Positions 9,325 through 19,653 of a stretch of 32,000 nucleotides of DNA are shown piece by piece; within the stretch, counting starts at the first letter, position 1, and each line of letters begins with the position of its first letter. The translations under genes were made by a program, and so were the position numbers. Below the pieces are notes generated by a model. It saw nothing but the letters and a program-made list of their open reading frames with translations, was not told the DNA's origin and did not search any database. The stretch comes from Polynucleobacter necessarius (GTDB lineage: Bacteria; Pseudomonadota; Gammaproteobacteria; Burkholderiales; Burkholderiaceae). Where the stretch lies: NCBI RefSeq assembly GCF_900095195.1, contig NZ_LT606950.1:1057207-1089206 (forward strand), given 5' to 3'.

Positions 9325-12005
9325 TCAATCGCCAACCACTACGAACGGAGTCCAAAACAAAGGGTGGGCATAGGCATATTTCATGTTACCGCCCTCTTTC
9401 ATGCCGCCTTGATCAATTTGATTCAGCATAGCCTGACGTAATAGCTCGGCCTTACTAGCGCCCTGTGCCTTTTGTTGATTTTTAAATAAATCTGTCATTA
9501 GGGTTTGGGATGCCACAGAATCAACAGGCCAATTTGATACCAACAAAGCCTTAGCGCCGGCGAAGAAGAAGGCTCTGCCCAATCACAATACCGCCTACGA
9601 TCCCGAGCCTTCACCGGCAGCTGAGCTGTATTGCATGCGGATAAAACTACCCAATCTGCATCAAGCTTTAAGGTAATGACTTTATCAGAAGGTATTTGAG
9701 CAACAACAATATCTCTGGTTAACCAAGGCACAGTTTTGTATCCACTAAATGGTGTTGCTCCACCTTTTACAGGTTGCGCAGTTGGCTTTGTTACCAATAA
9801 AGAAAGAGGCAATTGACCAAGCTCGGCATGCGGCACTGTGAGCATCACCTTTTACCAACGAAGGCACTTTGAACGGGAGCCAGTATTTGTTGATATAACT
9901 GGTTTGCCAAGGCGACATCAAATGGCGGAATCTCATCAATCGTTGCAACTCCAGGATCTAATGATTTACGTAGCTGGGTAACCTCTTTTGATACTTGGTT
10001 ACGCCCTATCGATAATTGCGCAAATTGAACTGGCTTATCCTTTGCGATTGCCCACACATACCAGACGCTATCAGCAAAGTACCAAGACACCAAAACTTCA
10101 TCAGGCTTGAGGGCTTTTTGAGTACGCTCAACAGAAGCTGGTTTTGGCTCGACTAACTCCGCATAATCAGGAAATTTCCGTTCAATTTCTTTCTTAAGAT
10201 CCTCACGCTGTGATTTGAACCCCGCAATATCCGTGCGAATCTTCGCCTGCAGAGCCGGCAACTGTTGATCGGGGGGCGCAGATAACAAGCCAGTCAAAAG
10301 CTCAGAAAGTGTATTAATACGCTGCTGAAGATCTTGCTCACGACGGGCAAGATTTGCTAATTAAGGATCTGTAATATTTGCTCGCGCTGCACTGGCCGTT
10401 AGAGCGCGTTGCACACCACTACCACGAGCTAAATCTGCCATCTGAAATGCCTCAGCCGCTGCAGAACCTCCAGGATCAGATTTAGCTTGCTGCGCTAATG
10501 AAGCCAAATACTCCTCCAAAACAAATGTCATTCGCTGGGTTTGGCGTATTGTTGTTGTTGCATTCTCAGAATCATTTCGAGTCTGATCTACAAGATCAGG
10601 GACTGCCTGCTTGAATTCAACCAATGCTTGGGATCCCTGCCCAGAGGCTTGCAAGGCAGATGCATTGAATGCTCGTATGGTTGCGAGGCTGGTCGAATTC
10701 TTTTCCATTCGTGCACCGCCTTCGTGAGCATTTCAGAAGTCATCGAGACTGCTTGAGGCGCTTTTCCGGTCTTGATTAATGCAATAGCCCAATCTAAATC
10801 ACCTGTTTGATAGCGAGAGGCGATCTCCGGATCAGCTTTAAGGTCTTCAATCATTTCACTGAAAACCTTATCAGCTTGGGCATATTTTCTATCTGCCGTT
10901 AAGGCAGTGCCCAAAGACTTTCTTGCTGCGGCAATTAAATGTGGGGCGGAGTAATTGGTTGATTGTTGTGCAACCTTGAGAGTTGCCTGGGCCAATAATA
11001 CGGCCTCTGCCTGCCTCCCTTGTTCACTAATAATTTTAGATAAGGCTAATAATCCAAAACATGTTGCTGCTGAATTCACCCCTTCTCGATTAATAGCCAA
11101 TACAATTGATTCTCTTGCCCAATATTCAGCATCTATTAAACGACGCTGCCCAAGGTATGCATTTGCTAACTCATTATATAAAGCAGCTCTTTGACTAAAA
11201 GCGTACCTTGGAGTGCTTGCAATATCCTAACTTCATTATCTAGCGCATCTTTACCACTATCTTTAACGTTATCGAGAATGATTTGATTTAAACCGAGTGC
11301 AGTCCGAAAACTTCTCTCCGCCTCAATAAATTTACCCTCTGACATAAAAATTTTGCCACGGGCACGTTCATAGCCTAATTGCCAGTTAGTGCAGTAGATG
11401 TAGTTTGGATTTTTCGCAACACTCAGCAGGTTCGAGTAATCAGATTCAAGTGTATTTAAAGCTTTATTTGCACAATCGAAATCCCCCATACGAAGACATA
11501 TATTCACGATGGTTTGTCCGCTGCTAATTCTCCACCCAGCAAGTTGATTGGGAACCATCGCCTTTGTATCTTCCGCGATTTTTTTTGCAAGAACTAAATT
11601 GCCCCTCAATGCTTCGTGTTGAACATAATGCATTCTCTCGTCAATTTGCATAGCAATATCACTGCTTGGGTAATCTAATGCCGTTTTTTTATAGTTCTCT
11701 AAAGCTTCTTTACTATTTTCTAGAGCATTTTCAGCAACAGCTCTTTGGTAGTAATAGTGATTAAGAATATTAGTATCGTTTGTTGAAGGTTTTGACTTGG
11801 CTAGAACTTTTTTTGCTTTCTCAATAAGCGCCTGGTCTTGTCGAGTTTGGTTCAAAATTTGAAGAATATCTTTTACATCACGCGGAGGTGCTTTTATATT
11901 CTCGACATCTATCACGTCCTTCGTCGGCGCGGCGATTGAAAGATGGCAAACAAAAATTACGCTGAAGCACATCAAGAAAGCACGAATCAGGGGAAGCTTG
12001 CGCAT
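9325..12005 (-). pseudogene. exported TPR-repeat + CHAT (caspase-like peptidase) domain protein, heavily degraded
   Basis: Six track ORFs are consecutive pieces of one ~890-codon gene: 11166..12005, 10588..11100, 10361..10708, 9845..10297, 9498..9848 and 9325..9582. It begins with AGGAG plus ATG at 12005 and signal peptide MRKLPLIRAFLMCFSVIFVCHLSIAAP. TPR-like repeats follow, then CHAT hallmarks (LTVPHAELGQLPLSLLV, WVVLSACNTA, LGRAFFFAGAKALLVSNWPVDS, AHPLFWTPFVVVGD*). Lesions: frameshifts near 11170-11225, 10705-10720, 9845 and 9620-9632; in-frame stops at 10361..10363 (TAA), 9595..9597 (TAG) and 9583..9585 (TGA); and an apparent internal deletion near 9675-9690. Confidence 0.85.
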
Positions 12006-12090
12006 AGGAAACTCCTAGTTATAAGCAACATGGTAGTTCATAACAGCAAGTAGCGACATCTAGGCAGAAGTACCTAGACTTTAGGGGTGC

Positions 12091-13134
12091 TTAAAAAGCG
12101 GTTTTAAGGCTAGGTTGCAAAGGGTTTGCTAAAAAACCAGAATTTGCCTCAAGCCACTCGATGTAACGACCCACGCCTTGCTCCACATTCAGGAAGGGTT
12201 CTGTATACCCTGCGGCGCGGAGCTTAGTCAGGTCTGCTTGAGTGAAGCATTGATACTTGCCTTTGAGAGCATCCGGAAATGGAATGTACTCAATGGCCTT
12301 TTCTTTGACTAACTCTTGTAGTGTTGCTGGTTGTGCTTTATCTAGTTTACGCATAGCGTTTGCCACCGCATACGCTACATCATTAAAGGGCTGTGCACGA
12401 CCAGTACCTAAATTAAAGATGCCGCTGATTTCAGGATGATCCAAAAAGAATAGATTAACCTTTACGACATCCTCTACAGATACAAAATCACGACTCTGCT
12501 CGCCAGGAGCATAACCACTGTACTCACCAAATAATTTGACGTGACCATTAGCTTTGTATTGATGGTATTGGTGAAACGCTACCGACGCCATGCGACCTTT
12601 ATGTGACTCGCGCGGACCGTAAACATTGAAGTAACGGAAACCAACGACTTGTGCAGAATTTGCATTCTCAGCAAAACGCTTACGCATTACTTGATCAAAT
12701 AAAAACTTTGAATAGCCATAGATATTTAGTGGCTTCTCGTGTTCACGATTCTCAACAAATACATCAGAGCCGCCATAGGTGGCAGCAGATGATGCATATA
12801 GGAGCTGTACTTTTTGCGCGGTACAGATATCGAGCAAATCCATGGTATAGCGATAGTTGTTCGCCATCATGAAAATGCCGTCTGATTCCATGGTGTCAGA
12901 ACACGCACCCTCGTGAAACACCGCTTTTACCTTACCGAATCGGCCACTTCTAAACGCTTCTAGAAATTCGTCTTTATCAAGGTAATCAATGATGTCAAGA
13001 TCAGCTAAATTGCGATACTTATCTGCTGGTCGTAAGTCGTCTACAGCGATTACGTTTTTCTCACCGCGAGCATTTAGCGCTTGAACAATATTGGCGCCAA
13101 TAAAACCGGCAGCCCCGGTTACGATAATAGTCAC
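12091..13134 (-). CDS. hldD: ADP-L-glycero-D-manno-heptose 6-epimerase
   Basis: 347 aa with the Rossmann N-terminus [13 protein letters not shown] and motifs YGYSK and ASSAATYG. It has a GTG start overlapping the hldA stop (GTGA at 13131..13134). Confidence 0.9.
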   Translation of the reverse strand: MTIIVTGAAGFIGANIVQALNARGEKNVIAVDDLRPADKYRNLADLDIIDYLDKDEFLEAFRSGRFGKVKAVFHEGACSDTMESDGIFMMANNYRYTMDLLDICTAQKVQLLYASSAATYGGSDVFVENREHEKPLNIYGYSKFLFDQVMRKRFAENANSAQVVGFRYFNVYGPRESHKGRMASVAFHQYHQYKANGHVKLFGEYSGYAPGEQSRDFVSVEDVVKVNLFFLDHPEISGIFNLGTGRAQPFNDVAYAVANAMRKLDKAQPATLQELVKEKAIEYIPFPDALKGKYQCFTQADLTKLRAAGYTEPFLNVEQGVGRYIEWLEANSGFLANPLQPSLKTAF

Positions 13135-14060
13135 TGTAGTTCCTCAGAAGTAACGGTAGCAGTACCCAATTTACCAACCACAATACCACCAGCACGATTG
13201 GCCAATGCCATCGCCTTTTCTAAAGGCCATCCCGATGCTAGCGCAACTGCCAAAGTGGCAATCACAGTATCACCAGCACCTGATACATCAAAGACCTCTC
13301 TAGCTTGCGCTTTCACATGGCTTACACCTGCATCGGTATATAAACTCATACCCTCTTCAGAGCGAGTTAATAACAATGCTTGTAGATTTAGGGACTTTCT
13401 CAGGGCTTGGGCTCTACTAGTGAGATCATTTTCACTTGTCCATTGCCCAATAACCTGGCGAAGCTCGCTACGATTTGGAGTGAGGACCGTTGCCCCACGA
13501 TACTTCTCATAATCTTCGCCTTTAGGATCAACCAAAATCATCTTGTTTTGCGCCTTGGCCTGCTCAATCATATGGGCGACCTGACCCAATGCACCTTTAC
13601 CGTAGTCCGACAGAATCACGACATCGGCAGAGCCTACTAATTTTTCAAAACGCTCTAACTTATGGGCTAGCGCTTTTTCACTAGGGGTCTCTTCAAAATC
13701 CAAGCGAATGAGTTGCTGCTGACGCGCAATCACACGCAATTTCACAATCGTAGGTACGTCTGCATCAATCTCTAATTGGCTATCAACGCCACCGGATTTG
13801 AGCAGATCAATCACTCGTTGGCCCGGCTCATCTTTACCCACAATAGCCAAAATAGTGGTTTGGGCTCCTAGGGCAGCTACGTTACGGGCAACGTTTGCAG
13901 CCGCTCCCAATCGCTCATTAATCTTGCCCACTTGCACCACAGGAACAGGCGCTTCTGGAGAGATGCGATGTGTATCGCCAAACCAATAACGATCGAGCAT
14001 CACATCACCCACTACCAGTAAGCGGGCTTTAGAGAACTGTTCGCGATTGGCTTTTTCCAT
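13131..14060 (-). CDS. hldA: D-beta-D-heptose 7-phosphate kinase (RfaE domain I only)
   Basis: 309-aa ribokinase/PfkB-fold protein ([29 protein letters not shown]). No adenylyltransferase domain is attached. Confidence 0.88.
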   Translation of the reverse strand: MEKANREQFSKARLLVVGDVMLDRYWFGDTHRISPEAPVPVVQVGKINERLGAAANVARNVAALGAQTTILAIVGKDEPGQRVIDLLKSGGVDSQLEIDADVPTIVKLRVIARQQQLIRLDFEETPSEKALAHKLERFEKLVGSADVVILSDYGKGALGQVAHMIEQAKAQNKMILVDPKGEDYEKYRGATVLTPNRSELRQVIGQWTSENDLTSRAQALRKSLNLQALLLTRSEEGMSLYTDAGVSHVKAQAREVFDVSGAGDTVIATLAVALASGWPLEKAMALANRAGGIVVGKLGTATVTSEELQ

Positions 14061-14100
14061 GTGGATACTTTACGATATTCGTTGGAGTTTACGGAATTAT

Positions 14101-15465
14101 TTAATTATGTCTGCCAATACCGTGATATTCAATACCCAACTCTTCCATAGCTTGTGGCTCATAAAGATTACGGCCATCAAAGATAATCGGGCGAGTGAGT
14201 TTTTGTAATACAGCATCAAAATCTGGACTACGGAAAGCCTTCCATTCAGTCACAATCACCAAAGCATCACAACCGTTCAAAGCATCCATAGGATTATCGA
14301 CCATGGATACATTTTTTAGGCCCGCAGGATTGCCCTTGGAATCGATATCCAAGCAGTGCTTCGCTTCTAGCATCGCTACTGGATCATGGGCAACGACTTG
14401 AGCGCCCCGTTTTACAAGTTCTTGAATGATGACGCGACTCGGCGCTTCACGCATATCATCGGTATTCGGCTTAAATGCTAGGCCCCAAAGAGCAAACTTC
14501 ATGTTTGAGAGATCTTTGCCGAAGCGTTTTTCAATCTTTTCAACCAATACATATTTTTGTATTTCGTTAACCGCCTCTACTGCATCCAAAATTTTGAGAT
14601 CACGGCCATGCTCTTTAGCCGTTTTCGATAAAGCGGAAACATCTTTTGGAAAACATGATCCGCCATATCCTGTACCCGGGTATAAAAAACCAAATCCAAT
14701 GCGCGAATCTGAGCCAATGCCTTGACGAACTGCCTCAATATCTGCGCCAACTAGATCTGCTAGATTAGCTAATTCATTCATAAATGAAATACGGGTTGCC
14801 AACATCGCATTAGCGGCATATTTCGTAAGTTCTGCACTTTTTACATCCATGTAATAAGTGCGCTCATGATGGCGATTAAATGGCGCGTAGAGTTTACGCA
14901 TCTGCTCCTTAGCACGTAGGCCAGCAGGATTATTTTCTGTGCCAATCACAATGCGATCTGGACGCATAAAGTCCTCTACAGCAGCGCCCTCTTTAAGAAA
15001 CTCTGGGTTTGAAACTACAGAACAAAGCTCAGATGAAAGACCACGCTTTTCCAATTCTTCCGCGATCGCTGCTGAAACTTTGTCTGCCGTGCCAACTGGC
15101 ACTGTCGATTTATCCACAATGACCTTAGCTGTTGTCATATGGCGTCCAATATTACGAGCTGCGGCAACAACATACTGTAAGTCCGCAGAACCATCCTCGT
15201 CAGGAGGAGTGCCTACCGCGATAAATTGAATATCGCCATGCGCGACAGAAGCAGCAATATCAGTAGAGAACTGTAAACGTCCAGCTGCGCGATTACGCTC
15301 AATCATTTCTTTGAGGCCTGGCTCATAAATTGGCACGCCACCTGAATTAAGAATCTCAATCTTCTTTGGATCCAAATCCAAACAAAAAACATTGTTACCC
15401 TGCTCAGCCAGGCAGGCGCCTGTCACCAATCCAACATAACCACTTCCGATAATCGTAACTTTCAA
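14101..15465 (-). CDS. ugd: UDP-glucose 6-dehydrogenase
   Basis: 454 aa with [19 protein letters not shown] (NAD-binding) and GGSCFPKD (catalytic Cys). TTG start with AGGAAA 5 nt upstream. Confidence 0.9.
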   Translation of the reverse strand: MKVTIIGSGYVGLVTGACLAEQGNNVFCLDLDPKKIEILNSGGVPIYEPGLKEMIERNRAAGRLQFSTDIAASVAHGDIQFIAVGTPPDEDGSADLQYVVAAARNIGRHMTTAKVIVDKSTVPVGTADKVSAAIAEELEKRGLSSELCSVVSNPEFLKEGAAVEDFMRPDRIVIGTENNPAGLRAKEQMRKLYAPFNRHHERTYYMDVKSAELTKYAANAMLATRISFMNELANLADLVGADIEAVRQGIGSDSRIGFGFLYPGTGYGGSCFPKDVSALSKTAKEHGRDLKILDAVEAVNEIQKYVLVEKIEKRFGKDLSNMKFALWGLAFKPNTDDMREAPSRVIIQELVKRGAQVVAHDPVAMLEAKHCLDIDSKGNPAGLKNVSMVDNPMDALNGCDALVIVTEWKAFRSPDFDAVLQKLTRPIIFDGRNLYEPQAMEELGIEYHGIGRHN

Positions 15466-15495
15466 TGGATTTCCTAAATAATCAAATTTCTAAAA

Positions 15496-16707
15496 TTACA
15501 TTGAGGGGCCGCCTGGGGCCAGACCCTCTGATCGTCTTGGGGAGTATGCCTCCCAATTATTACAACCTGGACACTGCCAATAGAATCGGCGGGCGCGGAA
15601 ACCGCAGTTGCCACAGGTATAGCGAGCCAAACTAGTTGTTCGCTGACGCAAAAGGTGCAGAATAGATTGCAGCTCGGCCAATCTCTCAGGGTTGGCGGTA
15701 CCCTCTTCAAGAGCCAAACGCGTCTCCGCTAATTTTGAAAGGGCGCTTAGACTTGGAGAGTATTGCATTACCTCCGACAGCATCACATTAGCAGCTTGAG
15801 GGCCACAAATTTTCATCACTTGCTTGTGTACGATATCTAATAATTCGCCAGAAGCTTGGGTCTTTAATAAATCACAGAGTCGATCAAGACCTTCGCTCTC
15901 TTTACCCAATTCTGAGTGAGCCAACATCCATCGATCCGCGAGTAAATGCATATAGGCGGGATGTGATGTCGCCACCAAGTTCCAGGCTTCAATAGCCTGC
16001 GCTGGACGCTCAACCGCTACCAAATAATCACCCCGCAAGATTAAGGCTCGCACATGATTAGGAACCGCTTGTAATGCACGAGCAATGGATTGCTCTGCAC
16101 TTCCCAGTTCTTTGCGACGCAATGCATCCTGACCCAATTCACAATAAAACTGAGCGATTTCCGTCTGATGTGACTTCCCCTGCAGACCTTCAAGCTCTGT
16201 TGCAGCAATGATGGCCTTTTGCCAGTCACGTTCCACCTGATACATTTCCAGCAAACTCTCTTTTGCTGGAATGGCATATTTGCCATCACCAACCCGATTT
16301 AAGGAAGCTTCCGCACGATCCAATAAACCTGCGCGCAAGAAGTCACGGCCTAATTCATATGCGGCATGATCGCGATCACGCGGTTTTAAATCATCACGAT
16401 TCGCTAAATGCTGATGCACTCTGATTGCACGCTCCGTTTCGCCGCGTCGACGAAATAAATTTCCTAGAGAAAAATGAAGCTCAACCGTTTCTGGATCAAG
16501 TTGAGCAATCCTGACAAGCGTTTCAATCGCTTGATCGGGTTGCTCATTTAACAACAGACTTAAACCTTTGAAAGTAGAGCGTTGCTGACGCATACGCTCG
16601 CGCTCATCCATACGATTTTCAAGACGTAAATCCCAGCGCGCAGCCAACCAACCAATCCCAAACATAACTGGGAGAAGGAGCAACCATGAGGTAGCTATCT
16701 GAATCAT
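15496..16707 (-). CDS. lapB: lipopolysaccharide assembly protein B (TPR + rubredoxin-like C-terminus)
   Basis: 403 aa with an N-terminal TM helix, TPR repeats and the C-terminal motif CGNCGF...WQCPGC. Confidence 0.9.
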   Translation of the reverse strand: MIQIATSWLLLLPVMFGIGWLAARWDLRLENRMDERERMRQQRSTFKGLSLLLNEQPDQAIETLVRIAQLDPETVELHFSLGNLFRRRGETERAIRVHQHLANRDDLKPRDRDHAAYELGRDFLRAGLLDRAEASLNRVGDGKYAIPAKESLLEMYQVERDWQKAIIAATELEGLQGKSHQTEIAQFYCELGQDALRRKELGSAEQSIARALQAVPNHVRALILRGDYLVAVERPAQAIEAWNLVATSHPAYMHLLADRWMLAHSELGKESEGLDRLCDLLKTQASGELLDIVHKQVMKICGPQAANVMLSEVMQYSPSLSALSKLAETRLALEEGTANPERLAELQSILHLLRQRTTSLARYTCGNCGFRARRFYWQCPGCNNWEAYSPRRSEGLAPGGPSM

Positions 16708-16720
16708 TGCGCCCAGACTC

Positions 16721-16748
16721 TAAATAAAAAAATGGTCCGTATGGACCG
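16721..16748 (-). terminator. weak rho-independent terminator after ihfB
   Basis: The minus strand reads GGTCC-ATAC-GGACC followed by ATTTTTTTATTTA. The stem is only 5 bp but the U-tract is long. Confidence 0.4.
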
Positions 16749-16767
16749 CTGAGGATTAGCCAGAGTA

Positions 16768-17112
16768 CTAGGCACCAGAACCCTCTTTGGGGCCCGCCTG
16801 TTTTAATGGCTTGTAATCAACACGCTCACGCAACTCTTTGCCAGGCTTAAAGTGTGGGACGCGCTTTTCTGGAATCAACACTTTCTCACCTGACATTGGA
16901 TTGCGGCCCGTGCGTGCAGGACGATGATGAAGTACAAAACTTCCCACGCCACGCAACTCGATACGCTTTCCCTCAGCCAATGCTTGGGTCATTGCGTCCA
17001 GCAATGTTTTTACTGCCAACTCCACATCCCTAGGTAAAAGCTGCGGAAACTGTTCCGCTAAGCTCTCCACTAGTTCGGAGCGAGTAATTGCTTGTTGCTC
17101 TTGATCTGTCAT
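16768..17112 (-). CDS. ihfB: integration host factor subunit beta
   Basis: 114 aa with an HU/IHF fold ([46 protein letters not shown]). It occupies the conserved position after rpsA. Confidence 0.95.
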   Translation of the reverse strand: MTDQEQQAITRSELVESLAEQFPQLLPRDVELAVKTLLDAMTQALAEGKRIELRGVGSFVLHHRPARTGRNPMSGEKVLIPEKRVPHFKPGKELRERVDYKPLKQAGPKEGSGA

Positions 17113-17120
17113 GATCTATC

Positions 17121-17159
17121 AATAAAAAATCGCCGCCCCCTCAACGAGAAAGCGGCGAT
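17121..17159 (-). terminator. rho-independent terminator/attenuator between rpsA and ihfB
   Basis: The minus strand has an 8-bp stem, ATCGCCGC (17159..17152) pairing with GCGGCGAT (17136..17129). The loop is 15 nt and TTTTTTATT follows. Confidence 0.7.
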
Positions 17160-17165
17160 ATTGAT

Positions 17166-18839
17166 TTAGCCTTGATTATCCAATTTTGCTTTTAGCAAAG
17201 CACCGAGGTTGGTAGTGCCAGACTGTGCATCACCTTGGAGCTTGTTCATTGCATCTTGTTGATCAGAGCTGTCTTTTGCCTTGATAGAAAGATTGATAGC
17301 ACGTGACTTACGATCAATATTGGTGATCATTGCAGTAACGCTATCGCCTTCTTTCAATACATTGCGAGCATCTTCAACGCGATCGGTTGAAATCTCAGAA
17401 GCGCGCAAGTAGGCCTCAACTTCATCAGCCAAGTAAATGGTTGCACCCTTAGCATCAACTGCCTTCACGGTACCAGTTACCAAAGCGCCTTTGTCATTCA
17501 CAGAGGTGTAGTTATTGAATGGGTCACCAGATAATTGCTTGATACCAAGAGAGATGCGCTCTTTCTCAACATCAATCGCCAATACGGTGACTTCAACTTC
17601 ATCACCTTTTTTGTATTTCTTAACAGCTTCTTCGCCTGGCTCATTCCACGAAAGGTCAGAGAGGTGAACTAAGCCATCGATACCGCCAGGCAAGCCAATG
17701 AATACACCAAAGTCGGTAATCGACTTGATTGTGCCAGAAAGCTTGTCGCCTTTTTGTTGTGAACGTGCAAACTTTTCCCAAGGATTTGCTTTGCACTGCT
17801 TGATGCCCAAACTAATACGACGCTTGTCTTCATCGATATCGAGAACCATGACTTCAACTTCAGTACCCAATGCAGTAGCCTTACTTGGCGCAACGTTCTT
17901 ATTCGTCCAATCCATTTCAGAAACGTGAACCAAGCCTTCGATACCGCTCTCGATTTCAACGAATGCGCCGTAATCAGTTAGGTTAGTTACTTTGCCGAAT
18001 AAACGGGTGTTAGGTGGGTAACGACGGGCGATACCAACCCATGGATCATCACCAAGCTGTTTCACGCCGAGTGAAACGCGATTCTTCTCTTGATCAATCT
18101 TCAAGATCTTCGCAGTTACTTCTTGACCAACAGTCAACATCTCGCTTGGGTGACGCACGCGACGCCATGCCAAATCGGTAATGTGCAAGAGGCCATCGAT
18201 GCTGCCGAGGTCAACGAATGCGCCGTAATCCGTAATGTTCTTAACGAGGCCAGTAACCACTGCGCCTTCTTTCAAGTTCGACATCAACTTCGCACGCTCT
18301 TCACCTTGGCTAGCTTCAACAACCGCACGACGTGACAACACAACGTTGTTACGCTTACGATCAAGCTTGATCACTTTAAACTCCATCGTCTTACCTTCGT
18401 AAGGACTGGTGTCTTTAATAGGGCGTGTATCTACGAGTGATCCAGGCAAGAATGCGCGGATACCATTCACCATCACTGTCAAGCCGCCCTTAACCTTACC
18501 AGTAACAGTACCGGTAACGATTTCAGCTTGCTCGAGAGCTTTTTCTAAGTTCAACCAAGAAGCCAAACGCTTCGCTTTATCGCGAGAGAGGATGGTGTCG
18601 CCATAGCCGTTCTCTAGAGCGTCAATAGCAACAGAAACGAAATCGCCAGGAGCTACTTCAATCTCGCCAGCGTCGTTATGGAATTCTTCAACAGGAATAA
18701 ACGCTTCAGACTTTAAGCCAGCGTTAACAACGACGAAGTTATAGTCGATGCGAAGAACTTCAGCCGAAATAACTTGGCCGGTCTTCATATTCGATCGGGT
18801 TAATGATTCTTCAAATAGTTCTGCAAATGATTCAGACAT
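17166..18839 (-). CDS. rpsA: 30S ribosomal protein S1
   Basis: 557 aa with six S1 repeats (recurring GxVxxxxxxGAFVDLG / HxSE motifs). Confidence 0.97.
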   Translation of the reverse strand: MSESFAELFEESLTRSNMKTGQVISAEVLRIDYNFVVVNAGLKSEAFIPVEEFHNDAGEIEVAPGDFVSVAIDALENGYGDTILSRDKAKRLASWLNLEKALEQAEIVTGTVTGKVKGGLTVMVNGIRAFLPGSLVDTRPIKDTSPYEGKTMEFKVIKLDRKRNNVVLSRRAVVEASQGEERAKLMSNLKEGAVVTGLVKNITDYGAFVDLGSIDGLLHITDLAWRRVRHPSEMLTVGQEVTAKILKIDQEKNRVSLGVKQLGDDPWVGIARRYPPNTRLFGKVTNLTDYGAFVEIESGIEGLVHVSEMDWTNKNVAPSKATALGTEVEVMVLDIDEDKRRISLGIKQCKANPWEKFARSQQKGDKLSGTIKSITDFGVFIGLPGGIDGLVHLSDLSWNEPGEEAVKKYKKGDEVEVTVLAIDVEKERISLGIKQLSGDPFNNYTSVNDKGALVTGTVKAVDAKGATIYLADEVEAYLRASEISTDRVEDARNVLKEGDSVTAMITNIDRKSRAINLSIKAKDSSDQQDAMNKLQGDAQSGTTNLGALLKAKLDNQG

Positions 18840-18974
18840 GTATATTCACTTTGTGCCGCCAGAAGGTCTGACGGGTTAGGTTAAAAAAGCCTTAAAGAAA
18901 CACGCTAATGAAATGATCGCGTTGTGGAGTTTCTCAAGACACCAAATTACTGCGTACAACTTACTTCTTACTGC
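18840..18974 (-). promoter_or_regulatory. rpsA 5' leader / promoter region
   Basis: A 135-nt non-coding gap lies between cmk and rpsA. No GGAG-type Shine-Dalgarno precedes the rpsA ATG (...cacaaagtgaatatacATG). E. coli rpsA is known to be SD-poor and autoregulated through its leader. No specific element is resolved here. Confidence 0.3.
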
Positions 18975-19649
18975 TTACAAAACTGAGTTAAGCAATCCAG
19001 ATTGATACCAATCTAAAACTGTCTTAACTGCTTGATCTATCGATAAATCTGATGTTTCGAGCACTTTTGCACCTTCTGCAACTAGCAAGGGGGCGGCACC
19101 TCGACTACTATCTCTAGCATCACGCTCCTGCAAATCTTGCAGCAAATCCTCGACTTTAGCAGAAATTCCCTTATCTATCAATTGCTTATAGCGTCTCTCA
19201 GCCCTCGCGACGGCAATTGCAGTCAGAAAAACCTTCAAAATCGCATCTGGAAATATCACACTGGCCATATCTCGACCATCGGCCACCAAGCCTGGAGATT
19301 GGCGAAAACTGCGTTGTAGACCCACTAAAGCAGACCTAACCTCAGGATGAACGGCCAAAGTTGATGCTCTTAAGCCAATATTTTCAGTCCGGATGGCGTC
19401 AGTAACATCTTCGCCATTCAAAAGAACTTGATTATTTTTGCATGAAATCAACAACCTAGGAACTAAATGGCCTAACTCTGGGCCATTTTTAACATCGATT
19501 CCCTCTTTTTCACTTGCTAGAGCTACCAACCGATATAAGGCACCGCTGTCCAAATAATGAAAGCCCAACTTTTGAGCCACCAAAGAAGCAACCGTTCCCT
19601 TGCCGGAGGCGGTGGGTCCATCGATTGCAATAACTGGAAATTGGCTCAT
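18975..19649 (-). CDS. cmk: cytidylate kinase
   Basis: [19 protein letters not shown] (P-loop) starts at the ATG at 19649, 5 nt after the aroA stop. The 32-codon N-terminal extension in the track ORF overlaps aroA and is rejected. Confidence 0.9.
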   Translation of the reverse strand: MSQFPVIAIDGPTASGKGTVASLVAQKLGFHYLDSGALYRLVALASEKEGIDVKNGPELGHLVPRLLISCKNNQVLLNGEDVTDAIRTENIGLRASTLAVHPEVRSALVGLQRSFRQSPGLVADGRDMASVIFPDAILKVFLTAIAVARAERRYKQLIDKGISAKVEDLLQDLQERDARDSSRGAAPLLVAEGAKVLETSDLSIDQAVKTVLDWYQSGLLNSVL

Positions 19650-19653
19650 CGCT

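Noticed and set aside
13081-13512. 143-aa plus-strand ORF spanning the hldD/hldA junction
   Set aside because: It is antisense to two well-supported genes. It has no recognisable motifs or RBS and shows shadow-ORF composition.
15474-15710. 78-aa minus-strand ORF overlapping the lapB 3' end
   Set aside because: It is out of frame within lapB's conserved rubredoxin-like C-terminus and has no independent support.
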